From Eledone cirrhosa (taxonomy: Eukaryota), in contig OZ024747.1 in the NCBI GenBank assembly GCA_964016885.1, positions 72,106,001-72,170,000 on the forward strand: a stretch of 64,000 nt of DNA, given 5' to 3'. The notes under the pieces are model-generated. The model had not been told where the DNA came from. It saw only the letters and a program-made list of their open reading frames with translations, and searched no databases. Positions 12,701-25,654 of the stretch are shown here, one piece after another; position 1 is the first letter of the stretch, and each line of letters begins with the position of its first letter. The position numbers were made by a program, and so were the translations under genes.

Positions 12701-14765
12701 CGCATGGAAAATAGGTGGTCCACAAGGAAGACAAGGTTGAGAAATACTGGTGTAGAAGACCTCATTATCTCAAACTAACGACGGAACATCCATGGTATCT
12801 TAAACTTGTTCCCTCAACTGTCTTTAAAAGGGACATTAGATAATATAGTCTGGGATCTTGGGTACATAATAACCGAAGAAATGACGGAATAGCTCTGATC
12901 ATAGGTCTATCTACTCGACTAAGAGCGACCTGGGGGTAAACAACAAGGGCGCTTTCTTTGGTTAAATACACACTAGTCTGTTCTAAATTTAATAGTTACA
13001 ATACTTGAAATCTTTAACCAGTAAATGTATATGAATGTTTTTTTGTTTTTTTAAATTAATTTAGGCACAAAGCCAGCCATCTGAGGGGAAAGAGAAGTCG
13101 ATTATTTCAACCTCAGTACTTGACTGGTACTTTAAGTACTGGAAGAATGAAAAGCAAAGAACACCTAGACAGCGGGATTTGAATCCAAAACGTAAAGATC
13201 TAGAATAAATATTGTAAATCCTTTGTCCAGCTCTCTAACAATTCTACCCATCTACTAATAAAACAGAAATATAGAAATTAGATAGTGTACATTCGTGCAC
13301 ATCGAAAAACAGGTAAAAACATTCAAATGCGTTAACCCAAGGTCAGCTATGACCGAGCAGACTGAGGGTGTTCAATCTACGCTGATCACGGCTTTTATTT
13401 AGTTGCTGTATCTAAAATTAAGTTATCCACATTTTTAAGGCAGTAGAATGTGATTTTGATATTTAGTTAATATTTCTAGCAAGTCGAGCAACCACATAAA
13501 GGCTCCCGGTTGACTAATATCAAGAGATGTTTACGAGAAAAATTCATACGGATTGAAAGAACGAAAAGGAAAAAAAAAAATTGCTATTTCGTTAAAAATG
13601 TATGCATTATAATAAATAACCAGCAGACGAGTCTTACGAGTATGTGGTAGCATTTTTTTACACTAACTTCTAACATTCAGAAATAATACGTTTGTTTGTG
13701 CTTTATATCGACAACACTTTTTCTTCTTCAAATTAATACTAAAATAAACGATGTGCATGAAATTACATAATAGCGAAGTTCACATTTTCAACAAATATGC
13801 TGACAATATACAAACATGCATGGAATTACAAATACCGTAGCAGTCAACACACATATATATCTATTACTTAATTAAATAAACATTTCACATGAATATATAG
13901 AATCAAAACGAAAGAGAATATTAAGTCAACACTTAGTATGTCAATTGGTCACACATCACAAGAGGTGCCGGAGCCTTCCACTGATAATTTTTGAGGCAAG
14001 CCAACACACTGGCAGTATTACCGAGGATGAGGGAGATGCTAAGACGCTGGAACAACCAAGCACCTTTACTAGGAGCATCACCTTATACCTCGGTAAGGCC
14101 GGGTGATAGTGAGACTAGGGCGCTGGAAAACCAACCACCCTCACTAGAAGCATCAACTTATACCATGGTAAGGCGAACCGCCAATGGTGACAAAAACCTC
14201 GTTGTCGACGGTACAGCTCCTCCAAAATTCTCGAACACAAGTCTGTGAAAATAGTAATGATAATTTTTTATTTTTTTTTGTCTAAGCATTTATTTGATAG
14301 AACCTCAATATACAGATGGACGAAGTCAAATATGGCGAAAATTGCACTGAGAACGTAGGACAGAAGTAAATACTGTCAGAAAATATATAACCACCTGTGC
14401 TAGATTATTACTGACAATAGATCTCCCCCTTTGAAAATGATGGAAATATCTGGTTCGATTCAGCGGATCCATTGCTTATATACACGTTAGGGTAAGGCTT
14501 GGTTAGGGGCTAGGGACCGTTTTGTGGATCGTTTTTGCGTGCGAAATAAATCAGATGAATTGGACGAGATATCATTTTCTTCAAAGTGGATCAAATGCCA
14601 TTAATACTTCATTATAGATAATTAAATATAAATATTTAAACACTATTCTATAAAATAAAGATATTTTTATAAGAAAGATCTGAATAAGGTTTTTTGGACG
14701 TATTACGGCTAAATTGTCGATATTTTTATAGCGTCTTAATATACAGAAGAAATTATTTTGAATAC

Positions 14766-14841
14766 CGAAAACAGTTTCCTTCATAATTTGCAGTTCTTCA
14801 TCAAGTGTGTCATCATCTGTAGATTGGTTGCTGTCACACAT
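14766..14841 (-). CDS. CIAO2A: CIAO2A/FAM96A coding exon 1 (MCDSNQSTDDDTLDEELQIMKETVF+G)
   Basis: ATG at 14841 and donor G|GTATTC. The phase-1 junction gives [17 protein letters not shown], which aligns with vertebrate FAM96A [20 protein letters not shown]. Confidence 0.8.
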
Positions 14842-15734
14842 TATAAAACAATGACATTAATAGCCAACGACTAACTTATACAAAAGTCATGATTACATTT
14901 ATAAAGCACATGCTTTTGTGTACATCAACTAATGTTAAAGAACTCTCCGTTGTTGAAGATAATTTTAGGTCGGTCGGTTAAGGCTACAATAAACCAGATA
15001 GCCTCTGCCTAGGTCGTTTCGTCTGCTAGAAATAACAGCTAAAAAGCTACATCATATCACATCACTACTTACTGTCTTGAAATAAGAAATGACACATTGG
15101 ACAATGTAGTCACACACATATACATCTCCATTTCGAAAACGTAAACAACTTTAAAATATAGTCATGAAAACGCTAAAACTTATGGAAGACTAAACATACA
15201 AATTAAAATTTATTAGTAATAAATATACTGTGCATTAATTCTAGGTTAACTCTTAAAACCTAATACATTTATATTATACTCAAACAAACATTATAGGAAT
15301 AGAATTAGAGCTTATAGATATCATAATACTTATTAATTGAAGAAGCAACCAAAGTATGCGGGAAGTAAATAACTGTTTTTTTTAAATATTGTTTAATGAT
15401 TCTGAGTAAAATGGTACTTCCCACTGCATTGAAAGAAACGTTCATACATCTATTAAATAATTTAATGTAATTTAATCCTGGTTATTTTTATACATTTCAT
15501 ATATGCTTTGAGACTATGTTACAAAGCATGGTGTCTGACGCTCAATAAAAATAATAATTGTTTCTACTTTTGGCACAAGGCCAGCAATTAATTCACTGTA
15601 TTACTGGTACTTTATTTTAGCGACCCTGTAAGGATGAAAGGCAAAGTTAACCTCCGTGGGATTTGAACTCAATAATGAGAAGAAGAAGAAGAATATTGTA
15701 TTATACTTAATTTTTGTATATTTATTATAAGTAA

Positions 15735-17070
15735 GGACAGTACTTGAGGACCTTCGGCTAATCATCGTAGGTCTAAAGCTACTCGGACTCGAGATCAACT
15801 CATCGAAGTCTGAGGTGATTAACGATAACTATGGAGAGGCTGAATTACACGATGCCTTACTCAGAATCTGTCCTGTCTTCTCCAGCGCTTGACTAACGTC
15901 CAAAGACACCGCCTCCATTCTTGGCTCTCCGATTCTCTTGCAAGCCATACAAAAGTGCTTGGAGACCAAACACGCAGACCTGTCGCGAATGAGCAGTTAC
16001 GCCTCATAGATGTTCACCCAACCCTCTTCCTGTCGAGGAACTGCTTCGTCCTTCCAAAATGTTTGTTCATGCTGCGCAGTGAACCTGGTCAACCCCACAC
16101 AAATTACTTTGGTGAACGAGATGCCACCATCTGACACTGTGCAATGTCAGTTATGATAGTGTCGGCGGGCAACAGGCGAATCTCCCAGCGAGGTTCGGTG
16201 GCCTCGGGCCCCAATCCGCTTCGGATCTGGCACTACCCACCTACTTCTCAAACTTCTCCAGTCGGAGCCTCATCAACGAGGTCCTCAGCAAGCGGCTGAA
16301 TCTGATGTGGTCCCAGAACTTGAGCAGGCTCTGGCCGACTGGACAGGTGAAGGTCTCTCTGCCCTCCAGCATACAAATGTCCAACATAACTGGGACATCA
16401 AGTGCAGGTTTTCCTTCGGGTGGATTGAGTCTGGCTTGGACCAACACCGCCTTCCATTCCTCCGATCCGCTTTGCAGCCAAACAGCAGTATGTGGTTCAA
16501 TTCGGTGCCCTCCTCATCAACCAGTACCCTTCGTGATGACGAGTGTACTCGCATCAGAATGACCCAACACCTCAGCCTTCGCGTGAGTAAACCACACAAA
16601 TGCCGTTGTGGTGCTGTCGTTAATGAGTTTGTCTTGTACACACTGTCATGCCGCCAGAGTGCAGGCCGGCTCCCCTGACATGCTTTCTCAATAACATATT
16701 GAGAAGGAGACTAGAGCCAGCAGGCTTCAACTGAATTACCCTCTTCCCTTTCGAAGAAGATAACTTACTCATCTGGAACGTCACATGCTGTGACGTGTTC
16801 TCCACCTCCAGCTTAGTCGCTTCAGCTACAAATCCCAGTAGTGCGGCCTGCAATGCAGAGGAGAGGAAGATATGCAAATACAGAGGCTTGTCCGGCCGCT
16901 TCTTTTTCGCACTGGGCGCCGTCGAGACCTCAGGCTTCCTTGGAATCGGATCTTCACCAGCTCATTTGAGGAAGGAACTCTGCGACGTGGAGTGGCTGTT
17001 GCAGTTGGTGTCGCTGGCCATTGTCCGCAGAAATCCCTTTGTAGTTTTGTCCGCGGGGCACGCTCCCTTT
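15735..17070 (+). mobile_element. Degenerate CRE-like (RLE-type) non-LTR retrotransposon
   Basis: Broken frames read LPARFGGLG, CRCGAVV..LSC, LIWNVTCCD, AEERKICKY, AVETSG and SLAIVRRN (zinc knuckle plus restriction-like endonuclease). Confidence 0.7.
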
Positions 17071-17594
17071 CTTCCGTGGCCTCACAGTCCTTACCTTTTC
17101 CCTGCTTTTCCTCTCATTTATGGCATTTATAGCCCTCTCTCCAACTTTCCTATACAGTCAGATCTATCCTTCTGTACCCCCTCTTTGTTGCTTTGTTTCG
17201 TTTTTATCCTTTTTTCTTTTTCTTTCATATTTCCATCGATATTTGCAATGCTATTTATACAACTGTGAATTGATTTATTGTCTGCAATTCTATTAAATTA
17301 TAAAATAAATACAATGTGATAAACAGGTAAAAAATTTCACTTGTATAGCGGCATATAAACCCATAATTGTGGTTGCCGAGAAATTTACAATTAGCTATAT
17401 GAAGCATAAAGCCGATAAATTCTTTCTTTTTATAAGAAAAAATGGAGTGAAGTTCTGATGTTTATGTTATTGGTTTGTTACCATCGTAATATGACTTAAT
17501 TGCTAGTTGGTTTATTTATGTACTGTGCTTGCGACAATATTTTCAGAGCACTCATCATATGTCGGAATTATGTAAAACGGGTAACATTTACAGA

Positions 17595-17773
17595 AACACA
17601 CCGTCTACATGCGCAGACTTGTCTGAGGAAGTTGTAACTATATACACGACCAAAATTGCTGCATTCTTCATGAAACTGGAATCTATTCCTCTGTTCAAAA
17701 CAGTGCTTAAATCCAGAAGCATTCTTCTGAGGGAATTTCAATTTTAACTACATTAGAATTGCCTCACGTAAGT
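17595..17773 (+). promoter_or_regulatory. Candidate promoter and non-coding first exon of NEK7, possibly shared with CIAO2A
   Basis: NRF1-like CATGCGCA (17608-15), ETS-like GAGGAAGT (~17626-33) and a strong donor CAC|GTAAGT at 17767/68, lying between the divergent genes. Confidence 0.4.
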
Positions 17774-18584
17774 ACCTTAAACTTTTACCAACCAACGCTT
17801 AGCAACTGTTGCTATGCATATCTATCAATGGTTTACACCAAAGAACTTTTTCTGAGTGCGTGTTATACCAACTGTGTATATGTATCCTGTTCGAATGTGG
17901 GCGAGTAAATATATATACATATATATATGTTTTCTTTTCTGTTGGTGTGAATATTTGTCGTAGGGTGTGTGCCACTAAAAATGGGTGTGTATATCTGTGT
18001 TTATATGTATATGCGTGTGATGTAATTGGCGTTTTAATAAGACTATGACGCGCCAGGGTCGGATTAAAGTTTACGTGGGACTTCTTAGCTGAAAAATTAA
18101 TCGAGACCTTAATGTATTTATAGTGGCGAAAAAATTAATTTGGCATTCTTTAAATGTTATGAGGCATCTGGCTAAAACCCAGTCAGCCTTAATCCGGCTA
18201 CTACGACGCAAATCCGTAAAATGATAATTGTTGCGCCTTTTTATATTTATTTACAAAATTGTGTAAAATTTGGGGTGGTTATTGGGGGGAGGGGGTCTGT
18301 TTGTCTTGAGTGAAGAAATAGAATTAAATTACGCACCGGGCTCGCCCGACATACTGTCAAAAGTTCATATGTGTCGTCTAGGAAACCTAACAAGTGTTGC
18401 AATACTGGGGATGGGGGAATTGGAGGGGGTATCGACTTATATAGGGAAGACAACGCCGAAACATCGAAGTCACGGCCATCTTTTTCTTCGGTAAATAAAT
18501 GTTATACTCTGTTCACATATATTGAGTGTTTATTTAGTTGATGGTTAAATGATCTATGTACGTACATAAATCACAACCCCCAGT

Positions 18585-19714
18585 ATAACAATGTTATCAA
18601 AATATGACAGATCTTATGTAAACTCGTTATTGAGACTGCTCCCTGGACAGGACCCCACTCCATCGCAGGGTTAAACCCCACTCCCAGCTATTGTTGGTAC
18701 TCATTTTCAGCTGAGTATACTGGAGCAAGTTTTGCTGAAGAACGTAACAGATAACCCACTCCAGGAATCGAACCCATGACATTATGATCGTAAGTCCAAC
18801 ATCCTTACCACTAGGCCACGTGCCTCCGCTTCAAATGTTTTTAAGCTCAGTAAAAAAATTGTGAAAACGTGTATCGTGTAATACACGACACCACTTTTAT
18901 GCCTTTATCATTGAAGTTTTGTGTTTGTCTTTATACCGATAAACGCGATACACCTTTCCCCACGAAAATTTGACGTAAAAAAAACAAAAAAAAACAGCAT
19001 GCAACTTATCTACTAGAACTTCAAAAACTTAATTCAGATCGTAAATATTGCTCGAAAATCTTGCATTTTAAGCTGATATTTGACAGTTACCAACAAACAT
19101 CCCTGTAGCCTAATCTAAAACCAGTCATATTTCTCATTAGTGACGTTAAAAAAACATTTTCTTTAGTATTTTGTTTGTCTTTCATCAGTATTAAGATATA
19201 TGTTAGATCAGTTACACGTATTTCCTCCTTATACGTGTATATATTGGTGCGTTACCTTCTTTACAGATTTAACATTTGAATTACTTGTATTGTTGCTGCC
19301 CAACTCATCCACAAGTGACGTGACCAATCAGCCTTTTTTCTTAACACGAATTACCATAATTCCATATGTATAATACGATAAAGGCATAAAAGTGGTGTCG
19401 TGTATCACACGATACACATTTTCACGATTTGTTTTACTGGGTTTAAAAATATTTGAATTGGAAGCATGTGGCCTAGTGGTAAGGGTGTTGGACTTAGGAT
19501 CGTAATGTCATGGGTTCGATTCCTGGAGTGGGTTGTGTGTTATGTTCTGGAGCAAAACACTTTATTTCACGTTGCTCTAGTATACTCAGCTGAAAATGAG
19601 TACCAGCAATAGCCGGGGGTGGGGTTAACCCTGCGATGGACTGGCATCCTGTCCAGGGGGCAGTCTTAATAACGAGTTTACATAAGATCTATCATATTTT
19701 GATAACATTGTTAT
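18585..19714. repeat. ~325-bp inverted repeat (arms 18585-18909 and 19377-19714), each arm containing a SINE
   Basis: The arms are reverse complements and include non-SINE flanks on both sides. Confidence 0.9.
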
Positions 19715-19894
19715 TACATTTGAGGTCCTTCTCTAGAAATTATAATTATTATTATTATTTCATCCTTACGGGGTCGATAAAATAAAGTACCAGTACTGCA
19801 CTGAGATAATTTCTGGCCTCGTGCCAAAAGTAGAAACAATTATTATTATTTATATTAATATTAATGACAAAGAATAAATAATACATTATATATA

Positions 19895-20945
19895 TCATCA
19901 TCATCATTTTACGTCCGCTTTTACTTGCTTGCAAGAGGGGGACCAGTCCTTTTCAGCACAGCATCTCTCCATTCGTCATGCTCTTTCGTCATCTCCTCTG
20001 TGAGCTTCAGCCATCTGAGGTCAGCTCTCACCACCTCTGCCCATGATTTTTGTGGTCATCCTTCCACCAGGATTTCTTGGCACTTCTTTACCCAGCGGTC
20101 ATCTTCCATGCGCATTACATGCCCATACGAACGCAGTCTTCTCTCCCACAGACTACAGTTTATTCCTCCTATACACAGTTTCGCTCTCAACTCGTCTATG
20201 CTTGGTTGTTCACGCACTTTAACATTGCACATCCATCGGAGCATGCTTGTTTCATTTTCCTCTAGCCGTTGCTGCCCATGTCTCACTACCATGTAGTATC
20301 ACGCATCTCACACAGGCATCATATAACCGGCCTTTTGTTTGTAGGGAGAAACTCTTTGTTGTCAACAGAGGAAGCAGCTCCCTAAACTTCTTCCATCCCA
20401 ACCTTATTCTAGATACTATGGCCTCGGAGCATCCTCCTTCCTTGCTAATCTGATCACCTAGGTATCGGAATCTATCAACCACCTCCATAGTTCCTACCTG
20501 CATTTGAAAAATGTGTCTATCACTGCCACTTCTACTATCAAATTTCCCTGAACATCTGCATATGAAGTTTTCCTTTCCTGTTAGTTTGCCTGCTATCCCA
20601 TTACACCACTTGTGTACCCAAGATCTGCATTGTGTACATTCTATAGAATTTATGCCAACTCCTTTTCTACATATTGAACATGGTCATTTCCCTGATGGAA
20701 TCAGAGTTTTGTCCTCTTTCCTACTTATCAACACTTTAGTTTTGCTAGGTTCACTCTCAGTCCTCTTGATTCCAACTGCTGTTTCCATAGTCAGAATTTA
20801 TTCTCTAGCTCCTCTACTGATTCTGCTATAAGTACCGGATCATCAGCATAGAGAAGTTCCCATGGGCAGCCAGTCTTAAACGCCTCTGTTATGGGTTGGA
20901 GAACTATAATAAACAAGAGTGGGCTGGGGACCGAACTCTGATGAA
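19895..20945 (-). mobile_element. 5'-truncated, degenerate RTE LINE (same family as the 33488 element)
   Basis: Frameshifted ORF fragments GCPWELLYADD, FRYLGDQIS..GWKKFRELLPLL and RLRSYGHVMR. (GAT)n tail at ~19895. Confidence 0.9.
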
Positions 20946-21351
20946 CTTCTATCATCATCATCATCATTTTACGTCCGCTTTTCCCTACTTGCAAGGGTGG
21001 GATGGGAACTGATTCTGGCTTGATTTCTACAGCTGGATGCCCTTCCTAACACGAACCTCATTTACAGTGAGTGCTGGGTGCTTTTTTTCCATAGCACCTA
21101 CACAGCCACTTTACAGTGTGGACTGGGTGCTTTTTTGCTGTGGCACCTCCACGACCACTTTGCAGTAGAATAATAAGTCCTATCATCTCATTTCTACAGC
21201 TAAGTAAACTGGAGCAATGTGAAATAAAGTGTCTTGCCCAAGGAAACAACACATCACCTGGTCTGAGAATTGAACTCACAACCTTTCGATTGCAAGGCCA
21301 ATGCTCTAACCACTAAGCCATGTGCCTCCATATATATATATAGAGAGAGAA

Positions 21352-21403
21352 GGCTTCTACAGGACTAGTACTGTTTCATTCATATGAAATCATCAGCAAT
21401 GCC
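21352..21403 (-). ncRNA. Type-I hammerhead motif, inverted partner of 21704-21755
   Basis: Minus strand: ggcattg-CTGATGA-tttcatatgaat-GAAA-cagtactagtcctg-TA-gaagcc. Confidence 0.65.
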
Positions 21404-21703
21404 ATTTGAAATTATAAGTCGTTATTTATAAGGTTTATAGTGGTTGGAAGTGGTGGTGGCGAGGTTTATGGTCGAGTGTGGAGTGTTGAGGTAGAGTGGG
21501 GTTAAGGGAGTTGGAGAAAAATTATTTAAGTAGGTAGAGAGGAGCCTTAGAGCTCTAAGACTCCTCTTTACTCACATAAAGATTTTTTCTCCCACATCCC
21601 TGTCCCCACTCTACCCCAATACTCAACTCTAAACTACACCCCTACTACCACCACTACTTCCAACCACTATGAAAATTATAAATAATGACTTACAATTTCA
21701 GAT

Positions 21704-21755
21704 GGCATTCCTGATGATTTCATACGAATGAAACAGTACTAGTTCTGTAGAAACC
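21704..21755 (+). ncRNA. Type-I hammerhead ribozyme motif (intact core)
   Basis: ggcattc-CTGATGA-tttcatacgaat-GAAA-cagtactagttctg-TA-gaaacc. Predicted cleavage after GUA at 21749. Confidence 0.7.
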
Positions 21756-24410
21756 TTTTCTATATAAACTTCTGTCTTCACTCTACACATGTATTGAGTA
21801 ACTTATTTACTGTGGTTACTCCCGACTCAAGTCGGGACCTACTTATCATATATATTTATGTGTATGTGTGTGTATAACTTTTGATGATTTGATTAAAGAA
21901 TAAAAACTAATGATAAAATAAAAAAATAAAGCCCCACAGGGTGTGTGACCTTAAGCTATAGTTTATTTAGTTATAACTAAGTCCAGCACTGTCCGATTTC
22001 AAAACTAAAATAAAGGATTAGTGTCATTACTCGAAATTTCTCAAAGCGTATTATGTCTGGTTATCATATTTCCTGAAAATTTGATCACTTGTTTTAAAAC
22101 TACAAGTAGGATAAATAAGTATCTACACTAAATGCTAAACATTCTGTTGTTTTACATTCTTTAATGTCATAAACAGAGGCATAATTAGGGTATGACTTGC
22201 ATGGCATGTGCCATGGGTACCACTTGAACTAGGAGAACTTTCTATTAAAATTAGATAAGCTATTGTTGGAGAGTGAAAAAAAGAAACTTATTTGGATGTA
22301 TGATCTGCCTTTGATTATCATGGGTGAGAAGCACTATGGTTGTTGGATCATTAAACCATTTATATAAATTATTAGACAGATAGGTAAAAATGCAGTGTTG
22401 GGACCACATCATAGATAAATTTATATCAGAAAGGAAGATAAGGTTGTAATTTTCATATAGTGCTTTCAATTGAAAGAATTAATGAACATGGTTGGTATTA
22501 TTGAGCTGATTTAATGGTTTTGTGAAAGATGGTTGTCAAATGTTTGGGCAGGAGTGTAATTTCACTGTTTGCAATAGGAGTTATTTTCCCAACTTACACT
22601 TCCGGCAATGAGAAACTAAATATTGTAGTGAAACATTGGATACATTTTTATGACATCGACTTCTCCTCACCAAGGCTTTATTCATTGAAGATGAATGAAT
22701 GTGAGGCATTTTCTTCAAGATTTAATTATTTTCCTTAAGGTTGAGATTTTGCTGGATAACATGATACAAGTTTATAATATATATATATATAATAATAATA
22801 ATTGTTTCTACTTTTTGGCATAAGGCCAGCAATTACCCAGTGCATTACTGGTACTTTATTTTATCGACCCCGTAAGGATGAAAGGCAAAGTTAACCTCGG
22901 CGGGATTTCTACTTTTGGTACAAGGCCAGCAATTATCCCAGTCTATTACTGGTACTTTATTTTATCAACCCCGTAAGGATGAAAGGCAAAGTTAACCTCG
23001 GCGGGATTATGAGTAGGAGTGAGGTGTCAAAGTATCATCATAATATTTGTTCACGTGTGATGCGGGTTTTTTTGATTGATCAGCTCAAGGTACGATCCTT
23101 ATCAATCGCACCCAATTTTGGAATCAATAGCTTATCAATAATGTAAAGTTACAAATCATTAAATTTTCTGCACATGGCAGTTCCATTCGGTTCACCGCCA
23201 GCAGAAGTGGGGCATTGGTCCAGGTATCTCAAATTTCCTACACACACAAAGTTGTCTTCCTCACTAATTAACATGTGTGTACACTCTAATTAGTTGGATT
23301 CAAATTTTAATAATACGGACTTAATTAAATTATTGAGTGAGTGAGGAAATGATCGAAGCTATGTCAATACTATTTGTTAAGCTTCATCCCATAATTATAT
23401 ATATATATATATGATAGATTGAGTTAGAAACTCAAAATAGTCTTTTACAATTAAATAGCTCAAAGAAAGGAAACTTTCCGAGCCGTGTAATATAATTGAA
23501 TATATGAGGAGGATGAACACAGATATAATATACGTGTGTTCCAATTGCAAATGACCAAGTTGAAAAAATACTAATTTATAACAATATGGTTTGCCTGTCT
23601 CGATTTAACATAATAAATCAATAAAAATAACAAACCTATATCGGGCAAATAGCCTATGATACCCGGACAGGCATGAATCTGTTTCGCAAGAATTATTAAG
23701 TGAAAGCTAGAATTCCTGTGTGGACTGGGTGCTTTTTGTTGTGTCACCAAAATGACAAACCAGAGACGGTTTCAGATGGTTTGGTATCAAAAATGTTTAA
23801 TACAAATATGTCCTCATGCCAACTAGGAAACTTCTACATCAGTAGTTGGCACAGATTCACTAGCAGGCGAAATTTCGCCCACATTTAAATCTGAAACCAC
23901 TCACTGACGAGGTCTTTGAAAAAACCCATATGTAAAATAAAGATAAATAAATAAGAAACAGGGTTTAATCCATTAGACTAGGAGAGTAATTTAATACAAG
24001 TTACTTTGCCATGAATTTATAACATTAAATATTATTTTTTTTTTCTTTCTTTCTGTACAGATGTGACTCCACAACTTCTTATGTATTAGTTATACATCTA
24101 TGGTGCTAAAAACCCCTCCCCCCTCCTCTCACGAGGTCATTCAACCTGTTAGAAATAGCAGCCGAATACCCTCATCACACACTACCATGTTTTTACATGG
24201 TAGTGTGTTACAGAAATTATAGGATGGTCATGGTCAGAGCACCTTTACCTTCTAAGTTTAAACCCACTGAGGCTAGCTTTGCCTTTCATTCTTACAGGGG
24301 TGATAAAATGCAGTATAAGTAACACACTTGGGTTGATTTAATCGATTTTCCTTTCCTCCAAAATTGTTGCCCTTGTGCCTAAATCATAAACCATTATTTA
24401 ATTTATCATA

Positions 24411-24599
24411 CCGGCGGTGGATTGGCAGTATCGGTAGAGGGTCTGACGCCACGCTTTGCAGCAAAGAGTTACGGTCCTTTATGGTCTGAGTTCAAATCCC
24501 GCTGAGGTTAACTTTGCCTTTCATCCTTACAGGGTCGATAAAATAAAGTACCAGTAATGCACTGGGATAATTGCTGGCCTTGTGCCAAAAGTAGAAACA
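24411..24599 (+). mobile_element. tRNA-related SINE with an 18-bp TSD (family also at ~185-372, 1781-1980, 4055-4238, 6990-7190, 22800-23010, 55395-55565, 57310-57595, 61555-61692)
   Basis: A/B-box-like head (TGGCAGTATCGG, GTTCAAATC) and a conserved GCCTTTCATCCTTAC.GGGTCGATAAAATAAAGTACCAG body. TSD ATTATTTAATTTATCATA at 24393-410 and 24600-617. Confidence 0.85.
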
Positions 24600-24645
24600 A
24601 TTATTTAATTTATCATAATTTATTTCTATACAGATCTTCATCTCA

Positions 24646-24807
24646 ATGGAGCCAGTAGCTCAGAATGTCACCATTTCTCAAGAGAATGGACGAAGTATGC
24701 TGGCCAACTTTGATGTTGAGAAGAAAATTGGCAAAGGTCAGTTCTCAGAAGTATACCGAGCGAGATCAAGACCAAATGGTAGTGTCGTAGCTTTGAAAAA
24801 AGTTCAG
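24646..24807 (+). CDS. NEK7: NEK6/NEK7 kinase coding exon 1 (acceptor at 24633/34, so a 5'UTR exon lies upstream)
   Basis: MEPVAQ...FDVEKKIGKGQFSEVYRA...VALKKVQ contains the Gly-rich loop and VALK lysine. Donor CAG|GTAAAA. Confidence 0.93.
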
Positions 24808-25327
24808 GTAAAACTTGAAAAATTATTTGATTTGGTGTGTGCATGTTTTTTTTTTTTTATTTTGTTTTATTTCTGAAATGCTTTACACACAATCACATGG
24901 TTTTGGGTTGTGTGTGATCTTGGGCAAATATCTTCTACTATAGTTTATGTTAAAAGACATGACAACTTCTTCTCGCACTCAATAGAACCTGTGACCATAC
25001 ATAAGTAGGATGCAGATCCCTTGGTCTGTCTGGAAGGTCAGTAGCCCTACTTCAGTACTGACTGGGTCTATCTAGACCTGTCAAACCTTGACTAACACAC
25101 AAAGTCGATGTTAAATGAATTTGTTGGACAGAAACTGTTGGGAAGTGCATTGTGTGTGTTTGTATATATATATATATATATATATCTGAGGAGCTTCCGA
25201 TTCCAGAGCCGGGTTCGATCACTAATAGTTCATTCCTCGAGCTGATCGACAGTGAAACATATGTAGGATGTAATTAGATATGTATATGATATAACACTGA
25301 TTCTTTGTTCTCTTATATATTAATACC

Positions 25328-25409
<82 letters not shown>

Positions 25410-25573
25410 ATATACATATATATATATAATAGTAGAACACTGGTGGGTTATATCTGTAGTAGTAGGGGACTCGGACTCAGTTCATGGGACGAGTTTGGTA
25501 GAAGTAGTTCCACAACAGTTAGTTCACCATTACCGAGAACAATTGTTTCACCTTATTCGGATGTTGTGGAACT

Positions 25574-25654
<81 letters not shown>

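Noticed and set aside
14485-14516. Interstitial telomeric TTAGGG repeats
   Set aside because: Only a few scattered degenerate units.
19460-19535. tRNA genes (also ~12570-12640, 21255-21330, 31620-31690, 43930-44000, 61915-61990)
   Set aside because: These are tRNA-like SINE heads that run into SINE bodies, with poor acceptor-stem pairing and variable anticodon loops.
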